A DNA stretch of 64,000 nt from Malacoraja senta (GCA_038087875.1 CM075982.1:23002001-23066000); one strand, 5' to 3'. Counted from the stretch's first letter, positions 26,028-40,162 are shown. A program made the numbers and translations. Notes: generated by a model from the letters alone, not told the origin.

Positions 26028-26335
26028 GAGACACAAGAAACTGCAGATGCTGGAATCTTGAGCAAAAACACAAAAGTTTTGTGGAGGCGAGTCAGGCAGC
26101 ATCTGTGGAGGGAATGGGTAGACAATGTTTCAGGTTGGGCCCCTTCTTCAGACTGGTCAAGTACAGAGGAGAAAGCTGGAAAAGAGAGATGGGGCAATGC
26201 CTAAACCTAGCAAGTGATAGGTGGATACAGTTGGGGGGAGGGGAGAGGGTGGGGGGCGGAATGACTGGCAGATGGCTGGAGTAAATGACACAGTATTGAG
26301 ATGAAAAGGAGACAAAGGGGTGCCAGTTAAGGAAA
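26028..26335 (-). mobile_element. Penelope terminus plus 3' UTR fragment
   Basis: Arm 'gagacacaagaaactgcagatgctggaatcttgagc', antisense core 'gtttcaggttgggccccttcttcagac', then a GA-rich UTR. Confidence 0.6.
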
Positions 26336-26603
26336 ACAGTGGAGGAGTGAATCTATGCCACAGTCCCCTCCCCCCACCGCATACTCCTACTGGCGCAACA
26401 CATCTCTCCCACGTCATCATGCTTCTTTCCCCTTTATACGCTCATGTCCTATCCATGAGTCGGGTATTCATTTTTTCCCCCATCTTTCTCTCCTCTCTTC
26501 CCCCTTCCACCCATATCCATCTCTTTGCCTTTACATTTCACTCCGCAAATAAAAGTGGCTTGTGACCATTGTCTATTTCATGGTCACAAAGAATTTGAAG
26601 CAT

Positions 26604-26909
26604 GGTTTAGACTTTAGAGAGAGAAATACAACGAGGAAACAGGAACTTCAGCCCACCAAGTCTGCGCCCACCAGTGATCACCCTGTACTCTACCACTATC
26701 CTGCACACTGGGAAAGACGTACAATTTTGCCGAAGCCATTTAACCTACAAATTTGTATGTCTTTAGAGCGTGGAAAGTAACTGGAGAAAACCAACATGGT
26801 CACAAGGAGAAGGTACAAACTTTGTATAGACAGCACGCTTAGTCAGGATCAAACCCGGGTCTCTGGCGCTGTATGGCAGCAGCTCTACCGCTGCTCCACT
26901 GTGCTACCC
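26604..26909 (-). mobile_element. V-SINE (HE1-like)
   Basis: Antisense head 'caggatcaaacccgggtctctggcgctgtatggcagcagctctaccgctgctccactgtgct'. Confidence 0.8.
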
Positions 26910-29784
26910 TTGGTTAATGGAGGATGGGGCCAGAAATAGCCGGAATTCATCATCGAATGTTACAACTGTTTTGCAGCAACATTATTAGGCAAACATTTGA
27001 CACCAATCTACATTATGCTGGTAGATGTGTACATGATTAACCACAGAGGGGGATTTTAAGAAACATCTATGAGATGTTAGACAGAGAGATTGAGAATGGG
27101 AAGTCCAAAGCTGGAGAAATCGGTGAAAGGTTCCAGTGATCTGCATGCAATGTTGCTGCTGCAAACTTGCCTGATCCCACTCCCATCCAGCCCCTGCTGT
27201 GCTAATTTGTTCAATTAGCCATGGCCCTCAGGTTGGAATTCACTGAAAAAAGCTGCCTGCTCTGTCAACAGATTAACTAACAATAAACTACACACTGCTT
27301 ACAGGACTATCAGTGGCAGACAAAGGACCGCCCTTGTCAAGCGTGGGGGCAGGAAACTTTCTTTACAGCTCTCTGGATAAGCCAGTGGCTGGAGGGATTG
27401 GCACAATCACAGCAAGGTCAGCACTAAAGTTCACACCTCGAGTAGCGGTGTCTAACAACACTGACCCTTTCTGGCGACATAAATCTTCCAGAGAAACCAA
27501 GGGATTATCTGGCTAAGTGTGTTACCCATGTCGTGTGAGGTGACTGGGCCAGCCGCAGTGGAATTTAAGAGTTGTACAGAATGATGAACAAATAACTTGC
27601 GCTGTACTGCCTCTGGGCAGTGCCTTACACATTCCCCCACTTCTGCATTAGCCGATAAAAGATCCACTAACCTACTTAAATTTATCCCCATGCTCAACTT
27701 CAAGTTACACCCCTCAACCCCTCTTTGTTTCCCATGCCCCCCACCCGCACCCTGGTGCGCCCCCATTTCTCCCACCAACTCCTACCCCTCCCGGTCACCT
27801 TGTTTCTTTCCCCTCCATTATCCCCTCATCTCCCATCCCTGATTCCCCCCTTTTCTTCCCATTCTGTCCGCTCTCTAATCAAGGCAGTATTCTGGTCAAC
27901 CTCTTCTGCACCCTCTCCAAAGCCTCTACATCCTTCCTGTAATGGGCAGATCAGAACTGCATGCAATACTCCAAAGGCATCCTAACCAAAGTCCTATAAA
28001 GCTGCAACAAGACTTCTTGACTCTTATTCTCAATGCCCCGATCACTGAAGGCGAGCATACCATATGCCTCCTTTACCATTCTATCTACTTGTGTGCCGAT
28101 GCAGAAGTTCCTCTGTACCAGGAGTTTCAGCCTGGATTATGTGCTAAATCTCTTTGGAATAGGCTTAAAATCGAGAAGCTTCTGACCCATAGGGGGAGAG
28201 ACATGGCAACTAACTGAATCACGGTTGCCGGTCGACTGACCAGCGAACAAGGTTCCCTTATCCAAGTATCCACACAGTGGAATACTGTCCTTGTCTGTAC
28301 TCATCTAGATGGCAAATCATCCTAAACCTGCCACTATTGCATTTGGAAGGAAAAGAGATTAATGAGGAATCACTCTGTGGGATTTAGAACAGTTAAGGAT
28401 TTTAACCAATTTAATCTCACCTAAAACACAATCAGATCAAGACACTGCGTTTGGAAATTCAATGCACAGACTGGAATCGGTCTTTTTAGGTCAAACTTCC
28501 CTAAGCTTATTACTCCAAAAGCAGATCTGGGTTTTGTCACCGTGTTGCCAAGCAGGCCAATATTTTATCTATCTGGGAGTCTGACCTTGAGTGGTTGCAA
28601 TTATATTCCATGGTCTTGGGACATTCAGGGAAAAATGATATACTATCTAGCACAAACCATCAGCAGAATAGCACAGGGCTGGAGTAACTAAGCAGGGAGG
28701 TGTGAACTGGGAGGGAGGTAGGGTGGAGGTGCTACTAAAGAGAGGTGGCGGAGATGATTGTTGATGTGTACCGTGCGGATGAAGATGCTATGCATAGTCA
28801 CAAGGGTGAAGATTTTGATCATGGAGATACTTCTCGGAGACAATGTAGGCTCCACCACAGAAACCGCTGTTTGATTGGGACCTGGTGGGAGCTGATACAT
28901 GACCTACACAGCACTAGGTCAGCCAGAGGGTGCATGGACCACAACCTACCTGGTTGGAATGGTTTAATGAGATAATGGGAGGTGCATTTCCTGAATAATC
29001 CATTGGGAGGAGCTCCATAAATAAAATATATATTATTTTTTTTTATTTTTTTAAAAATTGTATTATGTGTATTGAGAATAATTCACAGAACCATGGTGCT
29101 GATTGCTGATTCCTTGCTGCTTCTCTATAAATTCACTACAAATAGACACTTGTCTCTAACCCTGGCATGATTAAATTATTTTTTCTTTGGTTTCAAAATC
29201 TGAGCGTCTGATCTCTTCATCTATAATCTCACATGGTCTGCTGTCAGAGCAGGTTAGCAGCCGTGTCACTGGTTGTCCGGTCGAGAAGGAAAATTTTGTT
29301 TTTTTTTGTGATGAAAACAGTATCTGATACCGTCTGACTCAAAGGAGCACATCTGAACCTTGGAGGGCTGTAATATGAGGAGAATTAGAAGCCGACCGCT
29401 GCGGAAATTATTGACAACATCACTGAAAATAATTTATCACAGATACATTTCCTTACTCTCGGCTGTAATCTAATCCACCGTGGGTTTAGGCCCAGGGTTG
29501 AGATGAAGAGGCTGTTAATCAGTCCCTATATTCAACAAAAGCAAAAAAAACTCTCTGCTCAACTCCTGCGTTGAACACACACACGTATACCGACTGAAGG
29601 AAGCATTTACTTATGGGTTGCAGCAAAAGGGAATTGACAAAACTGAGAAGGGAACTGGGAAAGTTCATCTGCGCAAACAGCTCATATCCCTGGGGACACA
29701 ATCAGGATGTTTGCAACGAGAAAAAAAATGGTGAGAGGCTCTCTTCATCGTTTTTCCTCTTCAATCCTCTTGGGAGAATCCTGC

Positions 29785-29830
29785 CCCGCACCCCTCCCCC
29801 CCCCCCCCCCCCCCGGGGGGACAGTTTGGG
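29785..29830. repeat. Poly-C/G run, G-quadruplex-capable on the minus strand
   Basis: ccccgcacccctcccccccccccccccccc-gggggg. Confidence 0.6.
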
Positions 29831-30789
29831 GACATGCACCTGTAGCTCAGCTGAGAGAGCAGTCATTGTGTGTGAAGCTAGATAGCCCACGCAACAGGCT
29901 ATCAACCCTGAGAAGGGAGCAACTTAGCTGGGTCACGATCGCACACAATGCCCACACAAGCCGCGGGGGATTGAGTGGACACCGAGCAGGATAACTAACC
30001 CTAGGTTGCAATCCACTCCCTAAGTTCAAGGGCCTTGAAGCTAAGGGGCGCCGGTGCTACCTTTAGCCTTGCTGACATCAGCAAAATCAGAGCAAGTCTT
30101 GGATCGCACCTGGCACTTTCGTGCTGCGTCCAGTCAAGCTGCTTTACATTGTGCTTTGAAGAAAGAACAAAATAACAGACTCCAGAAGTTGTGCGGATTT
30201 AAGAGTATTCTTTGACAAAGCTTTGGCAAAATACTGAAATATAGCAGTCCTCATTCAGGTGAGAATACCACTTTAAGAACATGAGGGTTTTGTTCTCAAC
30301 TTGCTTTGTGCTCCGCTGCCAAGCACCTCGGTGATCAAGGTGACTTTTGACCCTTATATTTCACTGGTGAATTCTTGACAGTCACTTCGGGCCAGGATAA
30401 TACGTGAACTCTGACCTCCTGAGGTGGTAGCTGAAAACGTTACAACCTTAAACCATCAGCAGAACAACCGAGGCACCTCATTACTCACCACTAACGCACT
30501 CTTTTTACAAGTTTACCAATACTGTTTTAATCACCACGATCAGATGATATATGAAGTGGCGACGACTCATGGACACCCCTTTCGATATTTCACACACATT
30601 CACACATGCACAAGCCCCTTAAAATAAATTCAATCACAAACTGTCAGGACTGTCAATGGTTTTAAGAATACTGGTTGGCAAAAGTCGACTTTTTCCCCCT
30701 CTACTCGTCTGAAGTTACTGACGCCTTGCTGGGTTGTGGCTCCACTGAAGCCAAGCACACATCAAGCTGTGAGCATCTAGAAGCATTTA

Positions 30790-31100
30790 CAGCATAGATC
30801 CTGCAACCTGGGTTCAATCCTGACCTCCAGTGCTGTCTGTGGGAAACTTACATATTTTCCCTGCAATTTTCTATGTTTCCCCTGGGTGCTACTGTTTTCT
30901 CCCACACCGTTAAGACATTTGGGTTAGTAGGTTAATTGGTTGCTGAAAATTGCCCTGAGTGTGTAGGTGAGTGGGAAAATCATGCAAATGGATGGACGGG
31001 GTATATGATGGGAATGTGAAGGATCAGAAATGGGTTTTTGTGTAGGATTAGTATAAATGGTCGGCTCGGATTCAGTGGGTCGAAGGGCCTGCTCAATCTC
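30790..31100 (+). mobile_element. V-SINE (HE1-like)
   Basis: B-box 'gggttcaatcc', V-domain and CR1-type tail. Confidence 0.7.
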
Positions 31101-31149
31101 CTATGATTATACAACTCTGATCGACAGTACCAAGCAAGCTATTTAATCA

Positions 31150-31362
31150 GAGATACAGGGAACTGCAATTGCTGGAATCTTGAGGTGCTGGAGAAACTCG
31201 GTGGGTCAGGCAGCAACTGTGGAGGGAATGGACAGGCGACATTTTGAATCAGGACTCTTCATCACACTGAAGGTCTGAAGATGGGTCAAAATGTCACCTG
31301 TCCATTCACTCCACAGATGCTGCCCAACCAGCTAAGTACCTCCAGCACTTTGTGTTTTGTTC
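31150..31362. mobile_element. Palindromic Penelope-terminus short element
   Basis: Inverted arms around 'ctgaaggtctgaagatgggtcaaaatgtcacc'. Confidence 0.6.
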
Positions 31363-32419
31363 AAGCTATTTAACTAAGGAGGTATCCGTTGTCATCCAAC
31401 AATCTTACTTCTAAGCACACACTTTGCATGAGGAGTTAGTGATCATGAGCAAGGGGACTGGCTGTTTTCCCTTGTCTTAAGAGTTACTGAAATACATTTT
31501 AACCTCAGCCAGCACAATCGTCACCTCAGATAAGATATCTAACTCAGCAATGGATCGTGGTCTGCATGGCCTGTTTAAGTTTCTAACTATAGAGGGAGCA
31601 GTTGATTATTTTCAGCAGCCTCTGTCCGACTCGGCAAAACCCCGAGCGCCAGTTGACCTCAGTACCACCATCAAAAGAAAACGCAAAAAGAGTCCAAGTT
31701 TGATGTCCTAACGACACGGCAATTCGTGGCATCAAGTACAGGAGATTATCAAACCTGTTTTATGTAAAGAAGAGTAAACAGCAGATGGTGAGCAGATGGT
31801 CGTGGGGGTGGGGGGGGGGAGGAGGTGGTGTGGGTGGGACGAAGAACTGAGGACACAATTAAAGAAAAAAGGTTTTTAATAGCTAAGAGTGAGATGGCAA
31901 CATTGACGGTTTGATGAGAGAAATGCAGAGGTAATTTGTTTGTGGCTGACTATACTTCATGGCACGGACTAGGACTGTATTCTTTCCAGTGTAGATTAAA
32001 GATGATCCAATTGAGTTGTTTAAGACGATAACATGATTTTCGGTTTACTAGTGAAAGAGTACTGCATTGTCAGAGGTGCTGCTTGCCCTGTTGCCTTGCT
32101 GATATGGCTTTCTGAACCAGCACTACAAACAGATTACCCTTATATTCACCACCAAGCTGTTTGTGGGTTCACACAATGTATAAATTGGACACTGTGTAAA
32201 GTGATTTGTGAAGGGTAAGCTTGTGAACCGAACAACTTCACTTCCGATTTTTCCAGCATCTGCAGTTCCTTCTTAAAAACTTCCAATGTCTAGTATCAGG
32301 TGTCTATCTGTCAGGCAAGGCATTGGGGTTTGGGATAGGGGCAACCGGGACAAATCCTTTATTACATCTGAGCTCAATCCTATCTACGCACAATACACGC
32401 AGTTATAGAAAGATATAGA

Positions 32420-32752
32420 GACATACTGCAAGGAAACAGGCCCTTTGGCCCACTGGGTCTGCACTGACCGTCAAGCCACATATTTACACCAATTCCATTA
32501 TATTCTCCCTATATTTTCATCAACATCCATAAATTGTACAATTTTCCTACTTGGATACCAGGATCAATGCATAGCTGTCTCCTAACCTACCAACCAACGC
32601 GCCTTTAAGATGGGGAGGAAACTGGAGCACCCGGGAGAACCCAGGAGATCACAGGGAGAACATGTAAACTCCACAGAGACATCACTGGAGGTTGGGATTG
32701 AACACGGGTCTTTTGCAGTGTGGGGCAGCGGCTCGACCAGCTTCCCTACTCA
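32420..32752 (-). mobile_element. V-SINE (HE1-like)
   Basis: Antisense V-domain 'ggaggaaactggagcacccgggagaaccc...cacagggagaacatgtaaactccac'. Confidence 0.75.
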
Positions 32753-34649
32753 CAGTCCGATCTCAACCGTACGTGCATCATTTTCAGGAGGAGTTGGTTG
32801 TAACAACCAGGAATAAGAAGTCTGAGTGTTTTTTTGCACCCTCTCCAACACTCACTACATTTACTGAAGTGACCCAGTCATGCTAACTGCACACCTTCAG
32901 GAGTTAGAGTAGTAAGCAAGTTCAATATGACACCAGATGCTGCACTCTTACACCAAACCACCAGGAAAGGGATAATTAAGGTCTTCCCAAATCTCCTTTG
33001 GAAAGATGCAGCACGCCCACACATCAGTTGAAGTGGGAACAGAGGATGTGGCTGCAAGCTCGTACCACACCCTGAGGTGAGGACATCCCAAGCAGACTGC
33101 TGTTCTTTGAATCTACAACTGCTGGATCCTCCTGCAGTTCTCAATCTTAATTACAGAAGCACTTCACAGACAGACTCCAAACAACACTCACGCTGAAAGC
33201 CACTCTGAGGGAGGCACTGCAAAAACAACCTTCAGTAGTTACAAGCTGCTCCTTTTAGCGACAGGCCGTGCTGGGCATAAGCAAACACTTGCAGCTGACG
33301 ATGTGTCAGATATACGACTTGTTTGGTTATCTGGGCGGCTTGTTTGCTGTCTCGGACTCCTGGAGCCAGAGGTTAACCCAGCTCCTCCTCCACAAATGCT
33401 CACTTTGATTTGATAACTGCTCTGTTTCTTCCCCCCCTCCCCATGATCCTTGTCTTGCTCTGTCCATCATGAAATTATTCACTCAGGTGGAAAATGCATC
33501 TCCCCCAGTTCGAGAATGAATCCAGTCATGTGCTACGATTCAGCAAAATCACGACACAATCGTGTCTCTGGAATGTTATGTGCTCTGTGCATACATTGAC
33601 CTGCGAGTTGGTTGATCCACTTATATAAAAACAACGATTTCGGCAAACCCCACACTGGTTCCCTTGGGAGAGGCACCATTGATGTGACTCATTTGCTGCT
33701 GAAACCATCAACCATGCCTTGGAACCTTCAGGCCTGACTGTTCATCAGAGGAAGGATCTCATAAGGTCATAAATGATAGGTATAGAATTAGGCCATTCAG
33801 CCCATCAAGTCTACTCTGCCATCAAATCATGGCTGATCTATCTCTCCCACCTAACCCCATTCTCCTGCCTGTTCCCCATAACCTATACCTGGCCCCTGTA
33901 CTTGACCCGAAACATTACCCATTCCTTCTACCCAGAGATGCTGCCTGTCTCGCTGAGTTACTCTGGCATTTTGTGTCATCTTCGGTGTAAACCAGCGTCT
34001 GCAGTTCCTTCCTACACTGTTCATCATCCACACTCATTTCATTTCGACTGATGTAAATCTCTGTTAATCCTGGTGTTAACTTGCACCAAATGCCATTCAC
34101 ACAAAATTGATTTGTTTGCTGATCTTCATTTGTTCCCATCCAACAATCCTTCCATTTTAATACTGTCATCCTTGTTTTCAAATCCTTAAGTACTCTTAAC
34201 ATTTTCTCTGTAACTATCTGTAGCTCTACAATTTCCTGCAGTACATTTCCAGTCCTGGCCCTTTACAGATCGTTGATTTTCATCAACTAACGGTCATGTT
34301 TGTAGCTTCTTTGGCCAAAGCTTTGGAATTTCTTTGGTCTCTTTGATGTCGTAATAGTTCCTCATATTGTTCAATCTCATGATGCTCCTGTGAAGCATCT
34401 TGGGATTCATTATGGTGAAGGTGTTGCCGGTGGTGCCGGGAGACAGTCCTTCGTTCACACCCACACGATGCCAGCATGGTAGGTTTAACACTTAGTGGTG
34501 ACATTGCTGTCATCATTATATCAGAAAGACGACTAAATTAAGCATCTTCAACAATTATCAGGGAAGCAGTTTCTCTCCCAGTACTCCGCGAGGTCATGAG
34601 CCAGGATTCCCATCACTATTTCAAACAGGCTTTGAGACGGAGAAGAAAA

Positions 34650-35405
34650 AAGATACAAAGTGCTGGAGTGACTCAGCGGGTCAAGCAGCATCTCTGGAGA
34701 ACATGGATAGGTGACATTGGACCCATTTTCTGACTGTGGTGGAGGAAAGAAACCTGGAAGGGAGGGCCTGACAAAGCCTGGCAAGTAAGAGGTGAATACA
34801 GATGCAGGGGGAGGGGGAGGGGGGGGGGAGATTGATAGGCAGATGGTTGGACTAAGGCCTGAGATGAAAAGACTAAAGGTGTGAGAGAAAGGGATTGAAA
34901 ATTTGCATATTGTGAAGCTAGAGGAAGGAATGTAGGCGGAAGGGGAAGGTGCATGGAGAAATGGGTATGAGTCCAAGTGGGAGATGGGGGAGGGTGGGCT
35001 ATAGATATCTAAAATTGGAGAATTTAATTCATACTGTTGGGTTGTAAGCTATCCAAGCGAAATATGAAGTGCTACTCCTCCAGTTTGCGTGTTGCCTCAC
35101 TCTGGCAAAGGAGGCTCAGGACAAAAAGGTCAGTATGGGAATGGGAAGATGAGTTAAAATGGTTAGCAACTGGGATATCCAGTAGGCCTTGGCGGACTGA
35201 GCACAAGTATTCGGCGAAATGATAACCGAATCATATTCGGTTCATAACATTACCGAAACGATAAATGATAACCGATTCTATGCTTCGTTTTGCCAATGTA
35301 CAGGAGACCACATCATCCACATGCAATGGATGAGGTGAGATGAGTTGCATGTGAACCTCTGTCTCACCTGAAAGGACTCTGAGGTCCCTGGATGCAGGTG
35401 AAGGA
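34650..35405 (-). mobile_element. Penelope-like element fragment
   Basis: Terminal arm 'gatacaaagtgctggagtgactcagcgggtcaagcagcatctctggag', a GA-rich UTR, and the antisense GIY-YIG segment 'ttgggttgtaagctatccaagcgaaatatgaagtgc'. Confidence 0.7.
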
Positions 35406-35947
35406 GGTTTTGGGTCATGCACAGACATCTTCAATCCTCCATAGGACCGCTTGGGCAGCCCTTACAGAATCAAAGTCGGACTATAATCCAGGAATTCAGA
35501 TACTTTGAAACCAACATCTTCCTTAGAGAGACGCAGGATGAAACAGCTCAATGGGCAAATTGGTGGAAACACTTTCTTCAAGACTCAGCAACTCTCCTTG
35601 TGAGGAAAGGGAATGTCTCTTGACTGCAACAGGGAATGAGCGCACAATGATCATCAGTGATACATAATAAGCTTGGAAGCTGCAGATATCGCCGAGGCAA
35701 ACTTCTTCCCCAGCTTTGAAAATCCCCTGGTCCACATCCCGGAGGGAGACAAACTGGTAATGCTGGGTTTGCAACAGATGCAATCCTCTGATAAGTGGTT
35801 GGAAAGGAAGGAACATGGGTCTTCTGCTGACAGTAATCTATGACTGTGGACTTGTTAGAACCGACACTTTGTTTCTCAGTTTCTCAGAAAGACAATCCCA
35901 AGACCTAAAGGCAATACTACACTGTCCAGGCACATATTAGAGTATGT

Positions 35948-36074
35948 TGACACAAAGAACTGCAGATGCTGGAATCTTGTGCAGAACACAAAGTGCTGGA
36001 GTAACTCAGCGGGTCAGCGAGCAGCTCCGGAGGACCTGGATGGGTGACGTTTCGGGTCGGGACCTTTTTTCAGA
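35948..36074 (-). mobile_element. Penelope terminus arm (hammerhead core mutated to CTGAAAA)
   Basis: Arm 'gacacaaagaactgcagatgctggaatcttg...gggtgacgtttcgggtcgggaccttttttcag'. Confidence 0.6.
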
Positions 36075-37799
36075 TGATGTCACGGTATAGGCTAGGGACT
36101 GCAAAGATGTGCCCATCACCGTGGCAGAGACTGATGATTGTGGGAGTGGCCTCGGCCTAATTATCTTGTCAGCCTGGTGTCAAACAACAGTGGCAAGGGA
36201 AGCACAGCAGCAAGAAAATCAATTATGATGCTCTCGGCACCCTGCACGGAAAATAAGCTCTCTCCCGACAGCACCACACTGACAACTTTCCAAAAAGTGG
36301 AGACAAATATACATTTTTATTTCCAAAAACAGATTCTGTCACCTTCCTTCTCCCCCTTCTCCACCCCCACTGTTTACTCTCAAACCAACTGGCTGATTGA
36401 ATTGTTGACTGACCTTTGACCCATCGCAGTCTGCAGCCTTCAAGCCACCCTGCCATGCAGTGATTGGATCTCCTGTAGTTTTATGAAGTTGTTCTTTGCT
36501 AATAAAACACTAACTGCTGGGCTTAAGTGCTTCTTCATGACCCCCTGGTTACCACCTAGTGATGACCTCATGACCCTACTTTGGGCCCAGTCAATTTTGA
36601 ACGTATTTCTGCTGTAGTTCTGTGCTCAGCTTAGAAGCAAATGCAACGTTTTCTGTGCTGAAGCTAGGAGAGGAAGGCAAGGGTTTGTATAGAGACCCCG
36701 CTATCATTCTTGGACTGTTGGCAGTATTCTCCTGACCTCCAGAGTCTGCTAGTGAGTCCAGAACATGTTCCTGCCAATAATACCTCGGTATTCCAGCTGC
36801 GAGACAAAGCAAATGCGCTTTTGGGTTGAATTCAGAAAATTCATTGGTAGATCTAGAAAAATTTAAATGGCCTGGAAGCAACAACCTTCCACCCCAATAA
36901 AGTTGTCTCTTCTCGCGAATACGTCGATATATCCTGGACAGGGTCGCCAATCCTGGAGACTGAAGCATAATCATCAGGACATGTGGCAATCAGTATTCAA
37001 GAGAATGGAAATTAAAGGTTATTAAAAAAAAAGAGGTATTTTCATTTCCTTTACTGATTTTTTGTTTTCTCATTCTAAATCTATTGGAGATGGGGGAGGG
37101 GGTTGTTGGGGAGAGGAACAAATATTTAATTGGGTGGGCAATGGGTCAGGTGATGTCACCTCCAGGAGTCTGACCAACTTGATTTGGAAAGCCCTCATCT
37201 CAAGCCAAGGCCTCCCGGATGCCGGATGTTTTCTATGTATGCAGCTGTCAACGGCAAGCAAATTCAAGAGGGAGATTTACGAGTAAAAAGAGTGAGACCG
37301 ATTGCAAACCCACTTAAACACACGTGTTTACTGTTAAAGTCGGGATTGCCAGTGTACTGAGAGGCGGGTTCACTGGGCCTCACACTGGAGAGGCATCGTT
37401 ATCCTGCCAATGGGGCTTGTCTTTTGGAAGTGGTCAAAGTGCAGACTGGCTGGCTTTACTCTTGTGCCAGAAAAGATTCATAGATTCCCGTTCCCTTGGA
37501 AACCTGATGCTATAAGGAACAATGCTGTATTCGTTGTGGTGGACAAGACGGCGACAAATGGTTTTCCTGCTCACAACTCCTACAATATCACCGCTCGCAG
37601 CTCCAACTATACTATTCAAGCGCTTGTTCCATATACCAGTGGCACTGGTGGGGTTCTTTCTCAGGACTACCACGCAGACTTTAGGAATTTAAACATTAAT
37701 TTTCAAGACACTCTCACTGGCATTAAAAAAATTGGAAAAAAATCTTTCCGTGGGCTTTGAGGCTGACAGCTCAGAATTAGAAAAAAAAAGTACATACAT

Positions 37800-38947
37800 A
37801 AGAGAGAGGAGCAGTCCACTCGGCCCCTCAAACCAACTCTGCCCTTCAATAAAGTTTGTGGCCTGAACATCACTTTTCTTACTCACTCGCCATATCCCTT
37901 GATTCCTTGTAGTTTTAAATGCTTTTTGACCTCTGCCTTAAATACTTTCAAAGTTCTCCACCTTCACAGTCCTCTAGGATAAAGAATTCCAGAGATTTAT
38001 GGCCCTTTGGGAGAAAAGAAAATCCTCCTCGTCTTCATCTGTATAGTTGAACCCTTACTCTGTAACTCGGGGAATTATCCTCTCAGCAACCACTTGTCAA
38101 TCCTCCACAGAATCTTATATAAATTCAGTTCACATTCTTCTGTTCTCCAACAAGTTTAGGCTCAGCCTGCTTAACATTTCTTTTTACAGGTTAACTCCCT
38201 TCATTCTAGGGATTAACATAGTGAATCTACTCAGCACTGTCTACATTGCAAGACCATCCTTCCTTAAATAAGGACAGCAAAACAGCATGCAATATTCCAG
38301 GTGCCATCTCGGCAGTGCCCTGGAAAGTTGCTTCAATAGTTCCCTTCTTTGATACTCCTATCCTTTTGCAATAAAGTCTAATACTCCACTATCCTTCTCA
38401 ATTACCTGCTGCATGGTGATCTGTTGTCTCTCTCACACTAAGATCCTTATTTAATTATGTTCTGCATCATGTTGTAGTCTCACTGGGTTTGAATAAAGAC
38501 TTGCTTTTCACTTTTCATCTTAATTGGATAATCTCACATTTTGCACATTATCTTCCACGTTGCTGAGTCACTTCCAAGTTATATCCTCTTGCACACTCTT
38601 TGTGCCCTCATCACAACTTGCAGCCATCTCTTCTAGTACCATCAGCTTTTATGGCTACAATATAAATGGTCCCTTCATCCAATTGACTAACATAGATTAT
38701 AAATAGATGAGGCCCCAGTACTGATCCCTGTGGCAGCCAATAGTTATTGTTGCTATTTGAAACATGATCCATTCATCCAAAGTCTCTGTTTTCTGTTAGT
38801 TAGCAACATCTTGATTAGTACAGCTGTCGGAGGTTATGGTGAGAAATGGGGTTAGGAGGGAGAGATAGATCAGCCATGATTGAATGGCAGAGTAGACCTG
38901 ATAGGCCGAAAGGCCTAATCCTACTCCTATCACATATGACCTTATGA
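37800..38947 (-). mobile_element. Old CR1 RT/3' fragment with a younger plus-strand CR1 tail at 38815-38947
   Basis: Antisense CR1 motifs ('gaggccccagtactgatccctgtggc' = GVPQGSVLGP-like); the plus tail ends 'ctactcctatcacatatgaccttatga'. Confidence 0.7.
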
Positions 38948-40162
38948 TCTTAATACCAAACCTATGTGCTCTCATCTTGTGCGGTGACCTTTCAGACGGC
39001 TCTTTATTAATGCCTTCTGGAAATGCAAATAATCTACATGCCCTTCATTCACTCTGTTAAGGATATCCTCAAAGTACTCAAACAAGTTTGGTTTCATAAA
39101 TGGAACACTTGAATTGTCAAGGCATATAAGGCTGCAGACCAAGGGCTATTAATAGGTAGCTGGTGGTCATTATTGACATTATGGGCTGAAGGGCCTGTTT
39201 CTGTCCTGTGTGGCCCTATGACTCTAAAACCATTCAATGGTTTAGAAATTCATGTCTTCCATAGTGAGGTAACCAAGGGAAGAAAGTTAATCAGAGCACC
39301 AGAAAAAAATCTTTACAGCTTCTCATAAAACATAATTGGTCAGAACATGGCACCAAATTAGCTTTCCGTTCCAAGGAGACCATTCCCTGAGTGAACCTGT
39401 TCTGACCTCGAGGTGAAACCGGTACCAGAATGACTTGCCACCCGTCGTTAGATCAATCATTCATCAAATCTGTGTGTATTAGTATCCACTGGCTGGGATA
39501 TCTGTAAAATTACAACAACATGTACCTCTGGGATGTACCCATGGTCACTGCTTCTCTGGACAGTGGTACCTGCAGACTCGGGATGGTAACAACAGGACAG
39601 AGCAAGAGGCAATGTACTTTCAAAGAGCCAGTCTATAACCGTCGCAAATAAATTGAGCACATAGATGAAATTGTACAGTTCCTTATGAATCATGCAGTGT
39701 TTGGATGATTCGGTGACCATGCAGGACTGATGCAGGCCGGATATGAAACTAATGATGAGTGATCACTCTCTGAGGACTGTGCTTGTACAGCACTCTAAGA
39801 CATGATGATTAAAGATCTTATTGATATACAAAGCAGGAGGCCCTGGGTTCAAATCCCCAGTCTATGCAGAGCTAGCTGATCTCCACAAAGGTAATAGGTC
39901 TACATTGGCCCCCAATTCCCTGGGGGCAGGGGGAAATGGGGGTATCAACCTGGCTCTTACTTCTGACGGTGGTCAGTCATTCATGACAATGAAGATTCCC
40001 CTGTGTTGAATAGCCACTATTTAAAACGATATATCGCACAAACTATTATGAGAGATGCTGGAGATGTCCCCGGATCTGTGTACAAATGCCTTTAACATAA
40101 GAGGAAAGCTTATGTAACACATATTGAGATTTTGGGAGTGCTGTAAACCTAAAATGACACAT

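Noticed and set aside
28745-28990. Two small minus-strand exon-like segments with AG/GT borders
   Set aside because: Translations do not resemble BCAS3 or any recognised protein; spacing is too short for a typical intron.
37410-37760. 116-aa plus-strand ORF
   Set aside because: No recognisable domain, no clear splice context, and opposite strand to the host gene.
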